Positions 44,039 to 56,800 of a stretch of 64,000 nt of DNA are shown here, in pieces. The position numbers and the translations under genes are program-made. Below the pieces are notes generated by a model. It worked only from the letters and a program-made list of their open reading frames with translations. It ran no database searches and was not told the DNA's origin. This DNA comes from Caecitellus pseudoparvulus (taxonomy: Eukaryota; Protista; Bigyra: Bicosoecida), in contig CBFFRQ010000079.1 of the NCBI GenBank assembly GCA_965644315.1, positions 186,001 through 250,000 on the forward strand. The letters are read 5' to 3'. Positions within the stretch are counted from its first letter, which is position 1; the number at the start of each line of letters is the position of its first letter.

Positions 44039-44931
44039 TTAGTACTGCTGGGGGTACGCCACCTGCCCCTGCTGAGGGGGGTATCCCTGCTGAGGAGGGT
44101 ATCCCTGCTGGGGAGGGTATCCCTGCTGAGGGGGGTATCCCTGCTGAGGGGGGTATCCCTGCTGAGGGGGGTATCCGCCGGGAGCACCCATCTGCTGCTG
44201 CCCGGGGCTGGTGGGGGCGCCACCGCCGCCTGCCATCTTCGCCTTGATGGCCTCGACATCATAGTCCTCGCCAGCGACGATTCCGAAGTTGCGTGCATCA
44301 GTGTCTCCAGTGCGGTAGCGCACCTCGTTGATTTCCTGGCACAGGCTGAGCTGCCCGATGCCAGGGCAATGGCAAAGGCAGTCCCCGACGAAGCCGGTGG
44401 AATCGACCTCGATGTTCATGACCTTGCGCAGCTTGCCACGAATCATGCCACCGCAGATGCACTGTGGGGGCCAGGGCGTGACTTGTGGGGAATGTGAAGT
44501 GCACCATGCACAAAGTCTTGCGTGTTTCAGGGAAAACTCACGATGTGCCCACAGCAGCAGCCGAAGAACTTGTTCTGCCCGGTGACGTTGGTGACTTCGC
44601 AGATGGCCAGGCAGGGGCAGAGAGCGGCGTACAGGCCTGTGAGCGCAGACGCAGCTTAGTTTGTGCTGGGTGCAGCGAGGCGGCGGAGGTGGTTGCCGTA
44701 ACCTACAGCCACCGATGCCAAGGGGGGACTCAAGGCACGAGCAGGTGCCCTTCTCCCTGTGGGTGCGGGGCAGAAAGCAGTTGCAGCAGTTTGCGCACGT
44801 GAAGGCTTCAAAGTCCCTGGCTTACCAGTGCTTGGGAGCAACCTGTGAGTGTGGGAGATCGCGCGCGGGGGTTCAGGCAATCATGTGGCTGTGCGAGGGG
44901 TGAACTGTCCACTCACAGAGAGAGCGGCCAT
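44039..44931 (-). CDS. PLAC8-family Cys-rich protein with a (GYPPQQ)n tail
   Basis: Spliced translation MAALS|VAPKHW|EKGTCSCLESPLGIGG|CLYAALCPCLAICE..GCCCGHI|CICGGMIRGKLRKVMNIE..GDCLCHC..SLCQEINE follows the PLAC8 pattern. Four introns. Confidence 0.82.
44069..44176 (-). repeat. 18-bp coding tandem repeat x6 (GYPPQQ)
   Basis: Six near-identical ctgctgaggggggtatcc units on the + strand. Confidence 0.95.
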
Positions 44932-45429
44932 GGTGAGGAGGAACAGAGATCTCAGCTGAGCGGGCTGCATGGGAAGGCACGAGAAGCAGGTACGTGAAAG
45001 CCGTTGCGTGCCAGGGGCAGAAAGGTGCACGCGCTAGAGCGGCACAGGTTGCTGGGAAACGTTCTCACATTGTGCCTGCAGGCGAGGCACGCGAGGCGAC
45101 TTACCACGTGGCAACGTCCAGAAAGCAGTTGCAGGAGGGTGGGAGAGGGGAGAGGAAGCTGTTCTAGGGTGATGTGAGAGGTGGCGTAGACTGCGTTGCG
45201 CAGGAGCACTTGTGGCCTCCCCTCCAGCTGCCCTGACCAGTCAATACTCGACGTCTAGTGCGAGAGAAGCAGTCACATTGCCGTGGTTGCGGGCGGTGCC
45301 TGACCACTGGATCACTGGTGCTCGCATGTTGAGCACTGTGTGTGTGCAGGGCAGACACCAGGAGGCTGGTGCAAGCTTGCGCCACAAGAGGGAGTTGTCG
45401 ATTTCCGCAGTCACACCATTTGACATCCC

Positions 45430-48400
45430 ATGGAAGAAGGCAACGCATGGGAGCAGCCCCAGGTCATTGACTGGGACGACATTGCAACACTAGTGTGGGT
45501 CACTCTGCTGGTTATGCTCGTCGTCACAGCCGCGGCCTACTGTTGGGACATGGGCACGCGAGCTTGCGGAATCCGGCCGTTGTCGTTTGTACCCGGCGTA
45601 CCGAAGCACAGCCAGCCGTTGAAAGTGCGGGCTCTCTTGTTCCTCGGCAGCAACAAGTCTATTGCAGGCACGGCCATCCTTCTGGCGGAGATCTTCCTCG
45701 GCAGCGGTGCGTGTGCGCGATGGTTCAGCTTGCATCGCAACGGCAGGCACATGCAGTCCGGCCTGCCGCCTCGCAGCTGCCATGGCCGTGTTTGTCTTTC
45801 GGACCTACAGCATTGATGGGTCCACTGCGGCAAGCGTCCTGGACTACATCGCCAACTTCTTCTTCTTCCTGCGGTGGCTGCTCTTCCTCTGGCTGAGCCC
45901 AGTGGGTCGCAAGGCTCGCTACGTGACCAGCCTTGACTCTGCCATCGACGTCTTCACCTTCACAAACTTCATCCTGCCCACTTTCTTCCTGCGCACCAAC
46001 ATTGGGCTGGGGTTTCCTCGTGTTGTGCGAGTCTACCGTGCCTTTCTGCAGCTGAACCCTTCCGCTGAGCGCAGCTCCAACAACACTGGGCGGCATCTCG
46101 CCCGCATTGCCCTGGGCAGCTCTGCATTTATTCTAGTGTTTGCCTCCACCGTGTTCTTGCTCGAAAACGCCGGCAACCCGCCCTTTCTCGAGCCCTACAA
46201 CAACGAGGACGAGTTCACCATGTACAACAGCATGTACTTCGCGGTCGTGTCGCTGTCAACCGTGGGCTATGGCGACTTCTCCCCGACGACGTTCTTCTCA
46301 CGCTTGCTCACGATCATCTTCCTCATCGTGGGCATCGGCCTGTTCTCCTCTGCTGTGTCAGAGCTCATCAGCATTCTCTCCTCTGAAGCCAGGGGCGAAG
46401 GCTCCTTCTCCAACACGCTCGGCAAGCGGGTCGTGCTGGTTAGTGGTGACATCCCAGCTTCCGTACTGAAGGAGTGGCTGACAGAGTTCTGGCACCCAGA
46501 CCATGCTTCTCGCACACGCAACTTGCATGTCGTGATTCTGGCGGAGGACCGATGGTACCACACAGACACCCACAAGTGGCTGTCGTCTCACCTCCTCTAC
46601 CGCTCTGCCGTCACCTACCTGAAGGGAACAGTGTTCCGAGTTGAAGACCTGCGCCGCGCAGGGGCACTGGGCGAAGGCATAGCAGCGGCATTCCTGCTTA
46701 CGCACAAGTTCCGACGAGATGATGAAGCAAACGTGCTGCGCACCATCGCCTTCCGCCGATTCGTGCCGGGAGTGCCATGCTACGTGGTGCTGAATGAGCG
46801 CAGGTCGCGCCAGCACGTCCTCTCAGCAGGCATCCCCTTCTCAAACATTCTCCCGTTGAACACTCTGAAGCTGGGTCTCATGGCGCAAAACGTCACGACG
46901 CCAGGCAGTGCCACCCTCGTGTTGAACCTGTTCTCCTCCTCTGCTGCGCTTGAGTCGTCCCTGCCGCCCCCACCCCCCTTTCTCAGCAACACAGACAAAG
47001 TTGCCATCATCATGGCTGGGAGGGGGTTGGTGGCCTTTGGCTCAGAGCCTGCCAGCGTGATGTCGCAAGGGAGCCAGCGTGCAACTGCGCAACCTGAGCC
47101 TGTCTCGCATTCGAGCGGCGGCTACATACCCGGTGTCAGCGTGGGCATGACGCTTGCCCGTGATGAGGGGCACGCGTACGACACGACCATTCACCGGGCT
47201 CAGGCACTGGGAAAGCAGGTTGTGCGAGTGCAGCCCCCTTACCCATCAAGCATTTTGCCCGAGACTTGGCGGCATGAGTATGTCGCAGGCATGGCGCAGG
47301 AAGTCTACTCCCTGCCGGTGCCCCCATCGCTGTTCGGTTTCACCTTAAAGGATGCCGTGTTGCTGCTGTATCGGGGCCCTTTGCCCCGATCACGCCCAGA
47401 TGCGCGCTCCCGCGTGCGTCGTGTTTGCTCGTCCCTGTCTGGGTATTTTCGATCCCCCAGCATGCCGCGCGACGCGCGAGTCCCTGCAGCAGAGCCAGTT
47501 GCCCCCCTGGAGGGCGGCTCCATGGATGTGCCGGTGTTGTTTGACAAGGACGGCAACCCCGTGCAGCTCAAGAAGCACGACTCCAGCATTGTCTTGCCCT
47601 GCTTGAACTTGATTGCTGCCCTGATGCCCGCCCCCCCCATCGGCCTCGACGCCGACCCCCCTGGAGCAGAAGACGACGATGGTGCAGCCACAGAACGCGA
47701 CCACAAAGCAAGCTCTGCGGGCCTAGAGGGCGGTCCGCGTCGCCCATGGCAGCGTCTCTACCCGTACCTGCGCACAGAGCCCATTGGCTGGGAGCCAGCG
47801 GTGGGCAGAGTGCAGCCACGGCAGTCTCGCCCTGTGCCGCAGCTTCGATGTGACTTGGCATCCCAACAAGTGCTGGGGCCAGGGGATCGCCTCTTTGTGG
47901 TGTGCTCAGATGCAGCTGTGCCGCAGCCTTGGCTAAAGGGTGGCAGTATGTGGGATGCGAACCTGTGGGCAGAGGTGTACCCGCCAGAAGTCTGGGGAAC
48001 GTTTGACTTTGAGCCGAGCTCAGGCATGTGGGAGCTGCGTGGTGCCGCACTGGATGGCACTGCCGGGGCTGTACGGGCGGATGCCGGCGGAGAGGTTGGC
48101 ATCGAGCCCACCATTACTGCCCCACCCCGGCTTCCAGTCCCATCCTCGGACGCTGTGGGTGCTGGCGGGGGAGGCGACATTGCCTCCGTTGCCTCAACAG
48201 CGCTGACTAGTTTTGCTTCCAACGTCGCTGCCACGATGCGGCACGCACTTGGCGTGGGGCCCGCACCCGAAGAGGCAGCCGTGCACGAGGCCACCAACAA
48301 AGACTGCAACACCACGCAGTCTGCGGCAGAGGACTTAGCGGTGCGAGTTCTAGGCGACTCGGACGTTGCGTATGGGTACGTCAAGACCCGGGAGGCTGAC

Positions 48401-50512
48401 GCGGAGGCTGAAGCGCGGGCGCGCGTTACAAGCACCTTGGCACCTTCAGCCACCTCCCTGCCCGTCATTGGGGAGGAACAGTCAGAGTCACCTGCGGGGG
48501 TGCAAACCGCTGCACCTGTTCGCCCAGAAGACGACACGCTACCTCTTGTGCCCCCTGAGGTTGCACTGCCCACTCAGGAGGCCACTCAAAGCCAGGTTTC
48601 AGCGCTGGTGCGGCTCATGACGAGTGCGGCCATGATGGATGAAGATGACAACCTGATCTACACTGAGGGAGGCCATGGGACAGGGGGGGCACCCCAGGAC
48701 TCTGCCGATGCTCCCCCCGGCGGCACGGCAAGCGGGCAGGCCCAGCCCAGCACCGGGGCGGAGGCGGACGGCGAAGGCAGCGGCGCCCCGCCGCAGCCCA
48801 CGTCCCCACTTGTGCAACAATCCCCCGACCGCCCGTACACGGAGGTGCAAGAAGCACTGCTGGATGACGTGGATGAACCAGTGCTGCCTGTCACTGCCAC
48901 GGTCGACGACGGCGACACGCCAAGCACTGCACCGGCAAGGCAGCCACTTTCCCCAGCGGAGGGCGGGGAGGCAGTACCCCCAGCAGTGCCAGCGCAAGAC
49001 GCTGACACTGAAGAGTCTGCCGTGATCAGACGCAGCTTGTCGGAGAGCAAAGCAGGGGAGGTTACGGTCGGGGACCTCGTGGGGCAGCAGGAGCCGGCGG
49101 CTGAGGGCAGCCCCACCGCAGTGGACTCGGAAGCCAAAGACGACCAGGAGCCCGGCGTCTCACGGGAAGCCCAGGCACTTCGCCTCATGCGGCAGCTGCT
49201 GCCAGACAGCATTGCCATGCGCCGGTTGCAAGGTGCGGCTCGCGCAGTCATGATGTCCACTGGCTTGGACGAGCAGCTGCACAGCATTAACGTGCTGCGC
49301 CGCGTGGACAAAGCACCCCCTCGGGACATCGCAGGCCACGTGATCGTGGCCGCCAGTGAGTGGGTGGACGACGAAGATGACGACTTCCACTTGTTCTGGC
49401 ATGCTCTTCGCGCTCACAGCGACAGGCCGGTGGTGTACATGACCCCCAACCTGCCCCAGGAGTGGGCGTCTTCCATCCCAGATGACAAGAACTTGTTCTA
49501 CCTCAAAGGCGACCCCAACAAGTACAAGGATTGGCTGAGGGCGCATGCATCCACTGCCCGGCGGGTTGTCATGCTCGCACGCAAGCCCAGCGCGGCGACG
49601 GCAGACACTGCGGCGGCGTCCCCTCACGAGTTCAACACGGTGGACAGCAGCAACATCTTTGCGACGTTGTTGATGGAGAACCGCCTCGCCTCCTCAGTCA
49701 ACCCTGTACTTGGCATTGGAACCTGCACAGAGCTTATGGTGAACGAAAACATTGTTTTCTTGCGGTCTGCGCAGCAGTTCCGGCAGGCTGACACGGAAAC
49801 CCTGGCTCGGCGAGGTTTCATCCCAGCAGCTCGCGACGCCCAGCCGTCACCCCCGGATGCTCAAGAGGCCGAGGAAGCAGCGCACGCCTCCAAAGACGCC
49901 GGTGAAATCCCGCGAGAGGATCAAGAAGCCATGAAGCGGCCGGCCAAGAGGGACAGCGAGGGCATGGCCAAGCAAACCACCGCAGCGGTGGTGGAAGACG
50001 TTCTGCGCAGTGTAGACAACAGCACCCTGCCGCAAGCGACCGCCTACGGGCAGGACAGCAAACTCTTGCAGAACTTTGTTGGATCGGGGGCTGTGGACGA
50101 TGCAGACGAAGGGCATGCATTCAAAGTGTCCTCAAGGTACGCAGCGGGTCGCTTGTTTGCGTCAGGGGCGCTGCAGTCCGTGGTCGTCAGCATCTTCTTC
50201 TCCCACAACGTCATCTGGTTGCTGCACGAGCTGGCAGCGGGGAATAGGATCCGGCTTCAATTCCACTACATCCCCACTGAGCTCTTCGGGGTGCCCTACG
50301 GTGCGCTGTACGAGCACTGCGTCGAGGAGGAGGAGTTGACGCCTGTGGGGCTGTACCGCGACGGGCGGCACACAGCCAACAACTTGCCGTACGTGCAAAC
50401 CAACCCGCGCCTGGACGAATTTGTCCGGGAGGGTGATCTGCTCTTTGTTATCGCGCCAAAGAGCAAGTACCCGCGAGGTGCAGCAGCTGACGCGCTGCGA
50501 TTGGGAAGTTGA
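45430..50512 (+). CDS. Slo/BK-family potassium channel with S0-S6 segments and two RCK domains
   Basis: Exon 1 45430-45706 (extra N-terminal TM), intron 45707-45776. S4-like FPRVVRVYR; pore YFAVVSLSTVGYGD; RCK1 EFWHPDH, YLKGTV, DEANVLR, LKLGLMAQN..PGSATL, EYVAGMAQEVY; RCK2 GHVIV, YLKGDP, TEL, RYAAGRLF, YGALY, GLYR, YVQTNP. Confidence 0.92.
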
Positions 50513-50803
50513 CCCAGAGAGTGCCTCCTCATGCCCTCCCATGCAGCTGAGCTGCTCACAAGGCTCTTTGCCGGTACTTCGCTAAATTCAAGGTTGACTG
50601 ATGGGCCATGCCTGTTGTGTGCGAGCTGGTTTTGCTCGGGAAGCAACTGCAGTCAGGGCCAGCAACTACACACCCTTGAACCTGAGCCTTCCACAACGCA
50701 TTCAAGACTGGCTCAACTGTGGCAGTGCCAACGGAGCGGCTGGTGCTCACTGACAGAGCGTGGTGAATCGTAGGGAGAGAAGAGTAAAGTGTCGCCCTCA
50801 AGG

Positions 50804-53800
50804 ATGCAGTCAGGGGATTCAGCCGCGAGGACAGGTGCTGTCGGTCAAGTGTCAAAAGAGGTACGTCGCCTACGCATCGCAGCGACTTGCTGCGGCGTGA
50901 CGCCCGCCGTCGTGCCAGAGCTGTCTGCGGAAAGCTTGCTGGTATTGCTGCCGACTCATCGCATCATTCGCTTGTCTACTGACAGGCCAAGGATGACATG
51001 CAGGACTACCTCGCCATGCTTGTGCAGCAAGGCGTGCTTACAGCTGCGGAATTCGATTCATTGTCCAAGACAGCATCGCCTGCAGCGCACAGCAGTCGGG
51101 AGGCAAAGACAGAACAGGCAGCAGGAGAGCCACATCTTGATGAACATGAACTGCGCAGTAATCTTCATCACCGTCTCAGTCGTCCAGTCGGCGGCTCCCC
51201 AGGTGCGGCTAGTGCTCGGTCGCCTGGGCAGCCTTCGCTGGTTCAGGTCGAAGAAAGGGAGCGGCGCTCAGCGCCTGCCGAAGCACTCCCCCAACGTCAC
51301 CCACCACGTGTGGAGAAAGGGAGGACGCCTACAGTTCTTCAACCAGAGCCGGTTGAGCTCGCAGCTCGGCGTGAGGAAGTGTTGAGCCACGATCAAGGGC
51401 TCGAGGCAGGGAGGTTGCACAGGCTTGAACAGCGCATGGACGACGTTCTCAGTGCTGTGGCCACACTGGCAGCAGATCAAATGTCCATGAGACAGGAGAT
51501 GCTCCCAGTTCTGCACAGGCTCGCTGCCGGCGCACCCGAGGCGAGGCCTCCCGCACAGCAAGCATCTTTGACGGATTTGTCCACCTCGCCTGCAGCCACC
51601 CCTCCACGCAGCCAAGAGGAGGGGGAAGTGAAAGCATCGCAAGTGACGCATCAAGGCGACCTTGGGCATACTGGGGCACCCCTCCCCCTCGGGCAGCCTG
51701 CACCATCCACCCCACAGCGCCGAACTCCTGTCACCTCGGGAGTTGCTGCGGTTTCCCCTGTGAGCCGCGACGGTGCCGATTCAACCCCTGCCAGGTTTAG
51801 GGACGCAGGAAGCTTAAGTTCACGGCAGGACCTTGCTGCTCGGCAGATCGCTCTGAGGCAAGGCTTTTCACCGCGCGCGGCTCCTGCATTCCCACCTGCC
51901 AGTGCAGCGCGGGCCTCAGCAACCACGTCAAGTGCTGCTCCAACGCCCGAATCTTCTCAACTCAGGAGCTCGCTTTCCGAGGCAAGTGCGAAAAGGGATG
52001 TGGAGTGCTTGCAGAGCTCAGCAGGCCAGTCGCAGCTCGGGACTGAGTCGCAAATTCGCTCACCACAGCAAGGCACTCCAGCGTCTCCCCTGAGCTTAGG
52101 GAGCCCCCCAAGTGCACGGAGCTTGGGGGCATTGAATGAGACTTCTTCCGCGGCCACAGATTCACATTTGGGGTTTAGCGTGCAGCGCCCGGATGTCCGC
52201 CCGTTGCCTTCTCCTGGCCAGCTTCCCAGAAGTCACCACTTCGCACACAAGGCCATCCATTCTCCAGGCAAGGCTAGCCCTTCAACGTTCGGTTTTCGCC
52301 CTGTTCCCCTGAATCGCACACCACCCAAGCCACCATCATCTAAGGACCAGAATCGAGCGCATTGGCCCTCCCCCCCTCCTCCAGCGGAGACTGCAGGAGG
52401 CAAACGCGCGAGCCTGGATTCCTTGCCCCCCCCTCCGCCTCTTGCAGCCCTTGCACCGTTGCAACCTATGGCTCAGGCGAGCTCTAGAGCTGTCCCCATG
52501 ACACCGAAGACGCATGAAACTTCTCCTAGATCTCTCCTTGAGCGGAACTCACGGCCAGTCCCACAAAACTCTGGCAGCCCTGCCCAGTCTCGAAGCGAGG
52601 TTTCTCGTGGGCGGGCTCTAGCTCCAGAGCGATTCCCTTTTGCTTCCTTCTCTTTGAAACTACCCGTCACTGTCCAATTGAAACAACTCTACGGCCCAGG
52701 ATCGTGCAAGCGAGTCCGCTTGTACCGCGCCACGCTGCAGGAGTTGCGCGCAGTTGCCTCCGCCGTGCTGAGGCAAGGCATCTCCCCGGCGCATGATTCG
52801 CCTTGCCAGGCGCGCTTCTTTGCCCCCCCACTCACGACCTTGCCCGAATGGGTTCAAGCGCACGCAGATGTGGAGTCTCGCTCGTCATCAGCACTTGCAA
52901 GCTCACGCGACCTGGCTGCTCGGCTCGAGCTTATGCAGTGGGCGGCAGCTGTAGAGTGGCTCAAGGGAGGCGATCCACCGCCAACGAACGTCTCGAGAAC
53001 CAACCCAGGAGCATGGGCCGCATGGTTTGCTGCCCTTCATGATGAAGCAGTCGTGCAATTGTCGTGTGCTCCAGGCCACGAGGCGAGTACGAGTATGGCG
53101 GGCATGCTTCCGCCGCCTCCTCCACACGCAGTAGCACACCCCCCGACTCTTGCCCTTCCTGGAGCACCCCCCTTACCACCAGCTTCCATGGGGCCAATAG
53201 ATGCCCTATCAGCTCGGCAGCATCGACTGACGGAAAGAATCGGGCCAACCGCTCGCACTCGTCTTCAAGTTGCCTTGCGGCGGGCTGCCGAAGCAGAGCA
53301 AGTAGCCATGCGTCACTACGCCCAAGCGCGAGCGCAGCAAGCTGTCCCTCTTCAGGTGCCAGCACAACCAAATGTTCAAAGCAGGGCACCGCTCTCATTT
53401 GCTTCCAGGCCGGTTCCACCTGAGCCATCGCGCGAACTTGATCCGTCTGATGATGTTGCTGGGCCACAACCCACGGACCTTCCTTCCAGCAAAAAGGCAG
53501 GTACACACACGCCACCATCCACAGCCAGTGAAATCACTCAAGCCACTTCGGCCAAGACTTTACAGCCCTTGCACTTGCATTCTGCCATCAAGCATGACAG
53601 TGTTGAAGAACGCAGTCTTGCATCAAGTCCTGATGCAGAGGGGTCCACCAGCTCGTGGTCATCCGGCGACGCCAACTTGCCAGCAGCAGATGCCAGTGGA
53701 GCCCGTCCAAGCATCATGTTCAAGCGAACCACAGGAGAGAGGCAGCGCATGCTACCTGCAGCTGAGGGCATCGACGAGGCTGTCAGCGACGGGGAGGGGT

Positions 53801-56800
53801 CCACCAGCTCGTGGTCATCCGGCGACGCCAACTTGCCAGCAGCAGATGCCAGTGGGGCTCGTCCAAGCATCATGTTCAAGCGAACCACAGGAGAGAGGCA
53901 GCGCATGCTACCTGCAGCTGAGGGCATCGACGAGGCTGTCAGCGATGGGGAGGGGTCCACCAGCTCGTGGTCATCCGGCGACGCCAACTTGCCAGCAGCA
54001 GATGCCAGTGGAGCTCGTCCAAGCATCATGTTCAAGCGAACCGCAGGAGAGAGGCAGCGCATGCTACCTGCAGCTGAGGGCATCGACGAGGCTGTCAGCG
54101 ATGGGGAGGGGTCCACCAGCTCGTGGTCATCCGGCGACGCCAACTTGCCAGCAGCAGATGCCAGTGGGGCTCGTCCAAGCATCATGTTCAAGCGAACCAC
54201 AGGAGAGAGGCAGCGCATGCTACCTGCAGCTGAGGGCATCGACGAGGCTGTCAGCGATGGGGAGGGGTCCACCAGCTCGTGGTCATCCCGTAGCGTTCCA
54301 AGCTCAACCGAAACAAAAGTAAACAAAGGGAAAAACTCTCAAGTATTGTTACCTTCAACAGCAGGCACAAAAAAACAAACAGAACCACCTGTGGGCAAGG
54401 CGCCGAGGCCACCTGGGAGTGGGGGTCCGCCTGTGGGCAAGGCGCCGAGGCCACCTGGGAGTGGGAGTCCGCCTGTGGGCAAGGCGCCGAGGCCACCTGG
54501 GAGTGGGGGTCCGCCTGTGGGCAAGGCGCCGAGGCCACCTGGGAGTGGGAGTCCGCCTGTGGGCAAGGCGCCGAGGCCACCTGGGAGTGGGGGTCCGCCT
54601 GTGGGCAAGGCGCCGAGGCCACCTGGGAGTGGGAGTCCGCCTGTGGGCAAGGCGCCGAGGCCACCTGGGAGTGGGAGTCCGCCTGTGGGCAAGGCGCCGA
54701 GGCCACCTGGGAGTGGGAGTCCGCCTGTGGGCAAGGCGCCGGGGCCACCTGGGAGTGGGAGTCCGCCTGTGGGCAAGGCGCCGAGGCCACCTGGGAGTGG
54801 GAGTCCGCCTGTGGGCAAGGCGCCGAGGCCACCTGGGAGTGGGGGTCCGCCTGTGGGCAAGGCGCCGAGGCCACCTGGGAGTGGGAGTCCGCCTGTGGGC
54901 AAGGCGCCGAGGCCACCTGGGAGTGGGAGTCCGCCTGTGGGCAAGGCGCCGAGGCCACCTGGGAGTGGGAGTCCGCCTGTGGGCAAGGCGCCGAGGCCAC
55001 CTGGGAGTGGGAGTCCGCCTGTGGGCAAGGCGCCGAGGCCACCTGGGAGTGGGAGTCCGCCTGTGGGCAAGGCGCCGAGGCCACCTGGGAGTGGGAGTCC
55101 GCCTGTGGGCAAGGCGCCGAGGCCACCTGGGAGTGGGGGTCCGCCTGTGGGCAAGGCGCCGAGGCCACCTGGGAGTGGGAGTCCGCCTGTGGGCAAGGCG
55201 CCGAGGCCACCTGGGAGTGGGGGTCCGCCTGTGGGCAAGGCGCCGAGGCCACCTGGGAGTGGGAGTCCGCCTGTGGGCAAGGCGCCGAGGCCACCTGGGA
55301 GTGGGAGTCCGCCTGTGGGCAAGGCGCCGAGGCCACCTGGGAGTGGGAGTCCGCCTGTGGGCAAGGCGCCGAGGCCACCTGGGAGTGGGAGTCCGCCTGT
55401 GGGCAAGGCGCCGGGGCCACCTGGGAGTGGGAGTCCGCCTGTGGGCAAGGCGCCGAGGCCACCTGGGAGTGGGAGTCCGCCTGTGGGCAAGGCGCCGAGG
55501 CCACCTGGGAGTGGGGGTCCGCCTGTGGGCAAGGCGCCGAGGCCACCTGGGAGTGGGGGTCCGCCTGTGGGCAAGGCGCCGGGGCCACCTGGGAGTGGGG
55601 GTCCGCCTGTGGGCAAGGCGCCGAGGCCACCTGGGAGTGGGAGTCCGCCTGTGGGCAAGGCGCCGAGGCCACCTGGGAGTGGGAGTCCGCCTGTGGGCAA
55701 GGCGCCGAGGCCACCTGGGAGTGGGAGTCCGCCTGTGGGCAAGGCGCCGAGGCCACCTGGGAGTGGGAGTCCGCCTGTGGGCAAGGCGCCGAGGCCACCT
55801 GGGAGTGGGGGTCCGCCTGTGGGCAAGGCGCCGAGGCCACCTGGGAGTGGGGGTCCGCCTGTGGGCAAGGCGCCGAGGCCACCTGGGAGTGGGGGTCCGC
55901 CTGTGGGCAAGGCGCCGAGGCCACCTGGGAGTGGGGGTCCGCCTGTGGGCAAGGCGCCGAGGCCACCTGGGAGTGGGAGTCCGCCTGTGGGCAAGGCGCC
56001 GAGGCCACCTGGGAGTGGGAGTCCGCCTGTGGGCAAGGCGCCGAGGCCACCTGGGAGTGGGAGTCCGCCTGTGGGCAAGGCGCCGAGGCCACCTGGGAGT
56101 GTGAGTCCGCCTGTGGGCAAGGCGCCGAGGCCACCTGGGAGTGGGGGTCCGCCTGTGGGCAAGGCGCCGGGGCCACCTGGGAGTGTGAGTCCGCCTGTGG
56201 GCAAGGCGCCGAGGCCACCTGGGAGTGGGAGTCCGCCTGTGGGCAAGGCGCCGAGGCCACCTGGGAGTGGGAGTCCGCCTGTGGGCAAGGCGCCGAGGCC
56301 ACCTGGGAGTGGGAGTCCGCCTGTGGGCAAGGCGCCGAGGCCACCTGGGAGTGGGAGTCCGCCTGTGGGCAAGGCGCCGGGGCCACCTGGGAGTGGGAGT
56401 CCGCCTGTGGGCAAGGCGCCGAGGCCACCTGGGAGTGGGAGTCCGCCTGTGGGCAAGGCGCCGAGGCCACCTGGGAGTGGGGGTCCGCCTGTGGGCAAGG
56501 CGCCGAGGCCACCTGGGAGTGGGGGTCCGCCTGTGGGCAAGGCGCCGGGGCCACCTGGGAGTGGGGGTCCGCCTGTGGGCAAGGCGCCGAGGCCACCTGG
56601 GAGTGGGAGTCCGCCTGTGGGCAAGGCGCCGAGGCCACCTGGGAGTGGGAGTCCGCCTGTGGGCAAGGCGCCGAGGCCACCTGGGAGTGGGAGTCCGCCT
56701 GTGGGCAAGGCGCCGAGGCCACCTGGGAGTGGGAGTCCGCCTGTGGGCAAGGCGCCGAGGCCACCTGGGAGTGGGGGTCCGCCTGTGGGCAAGGCGCCGA

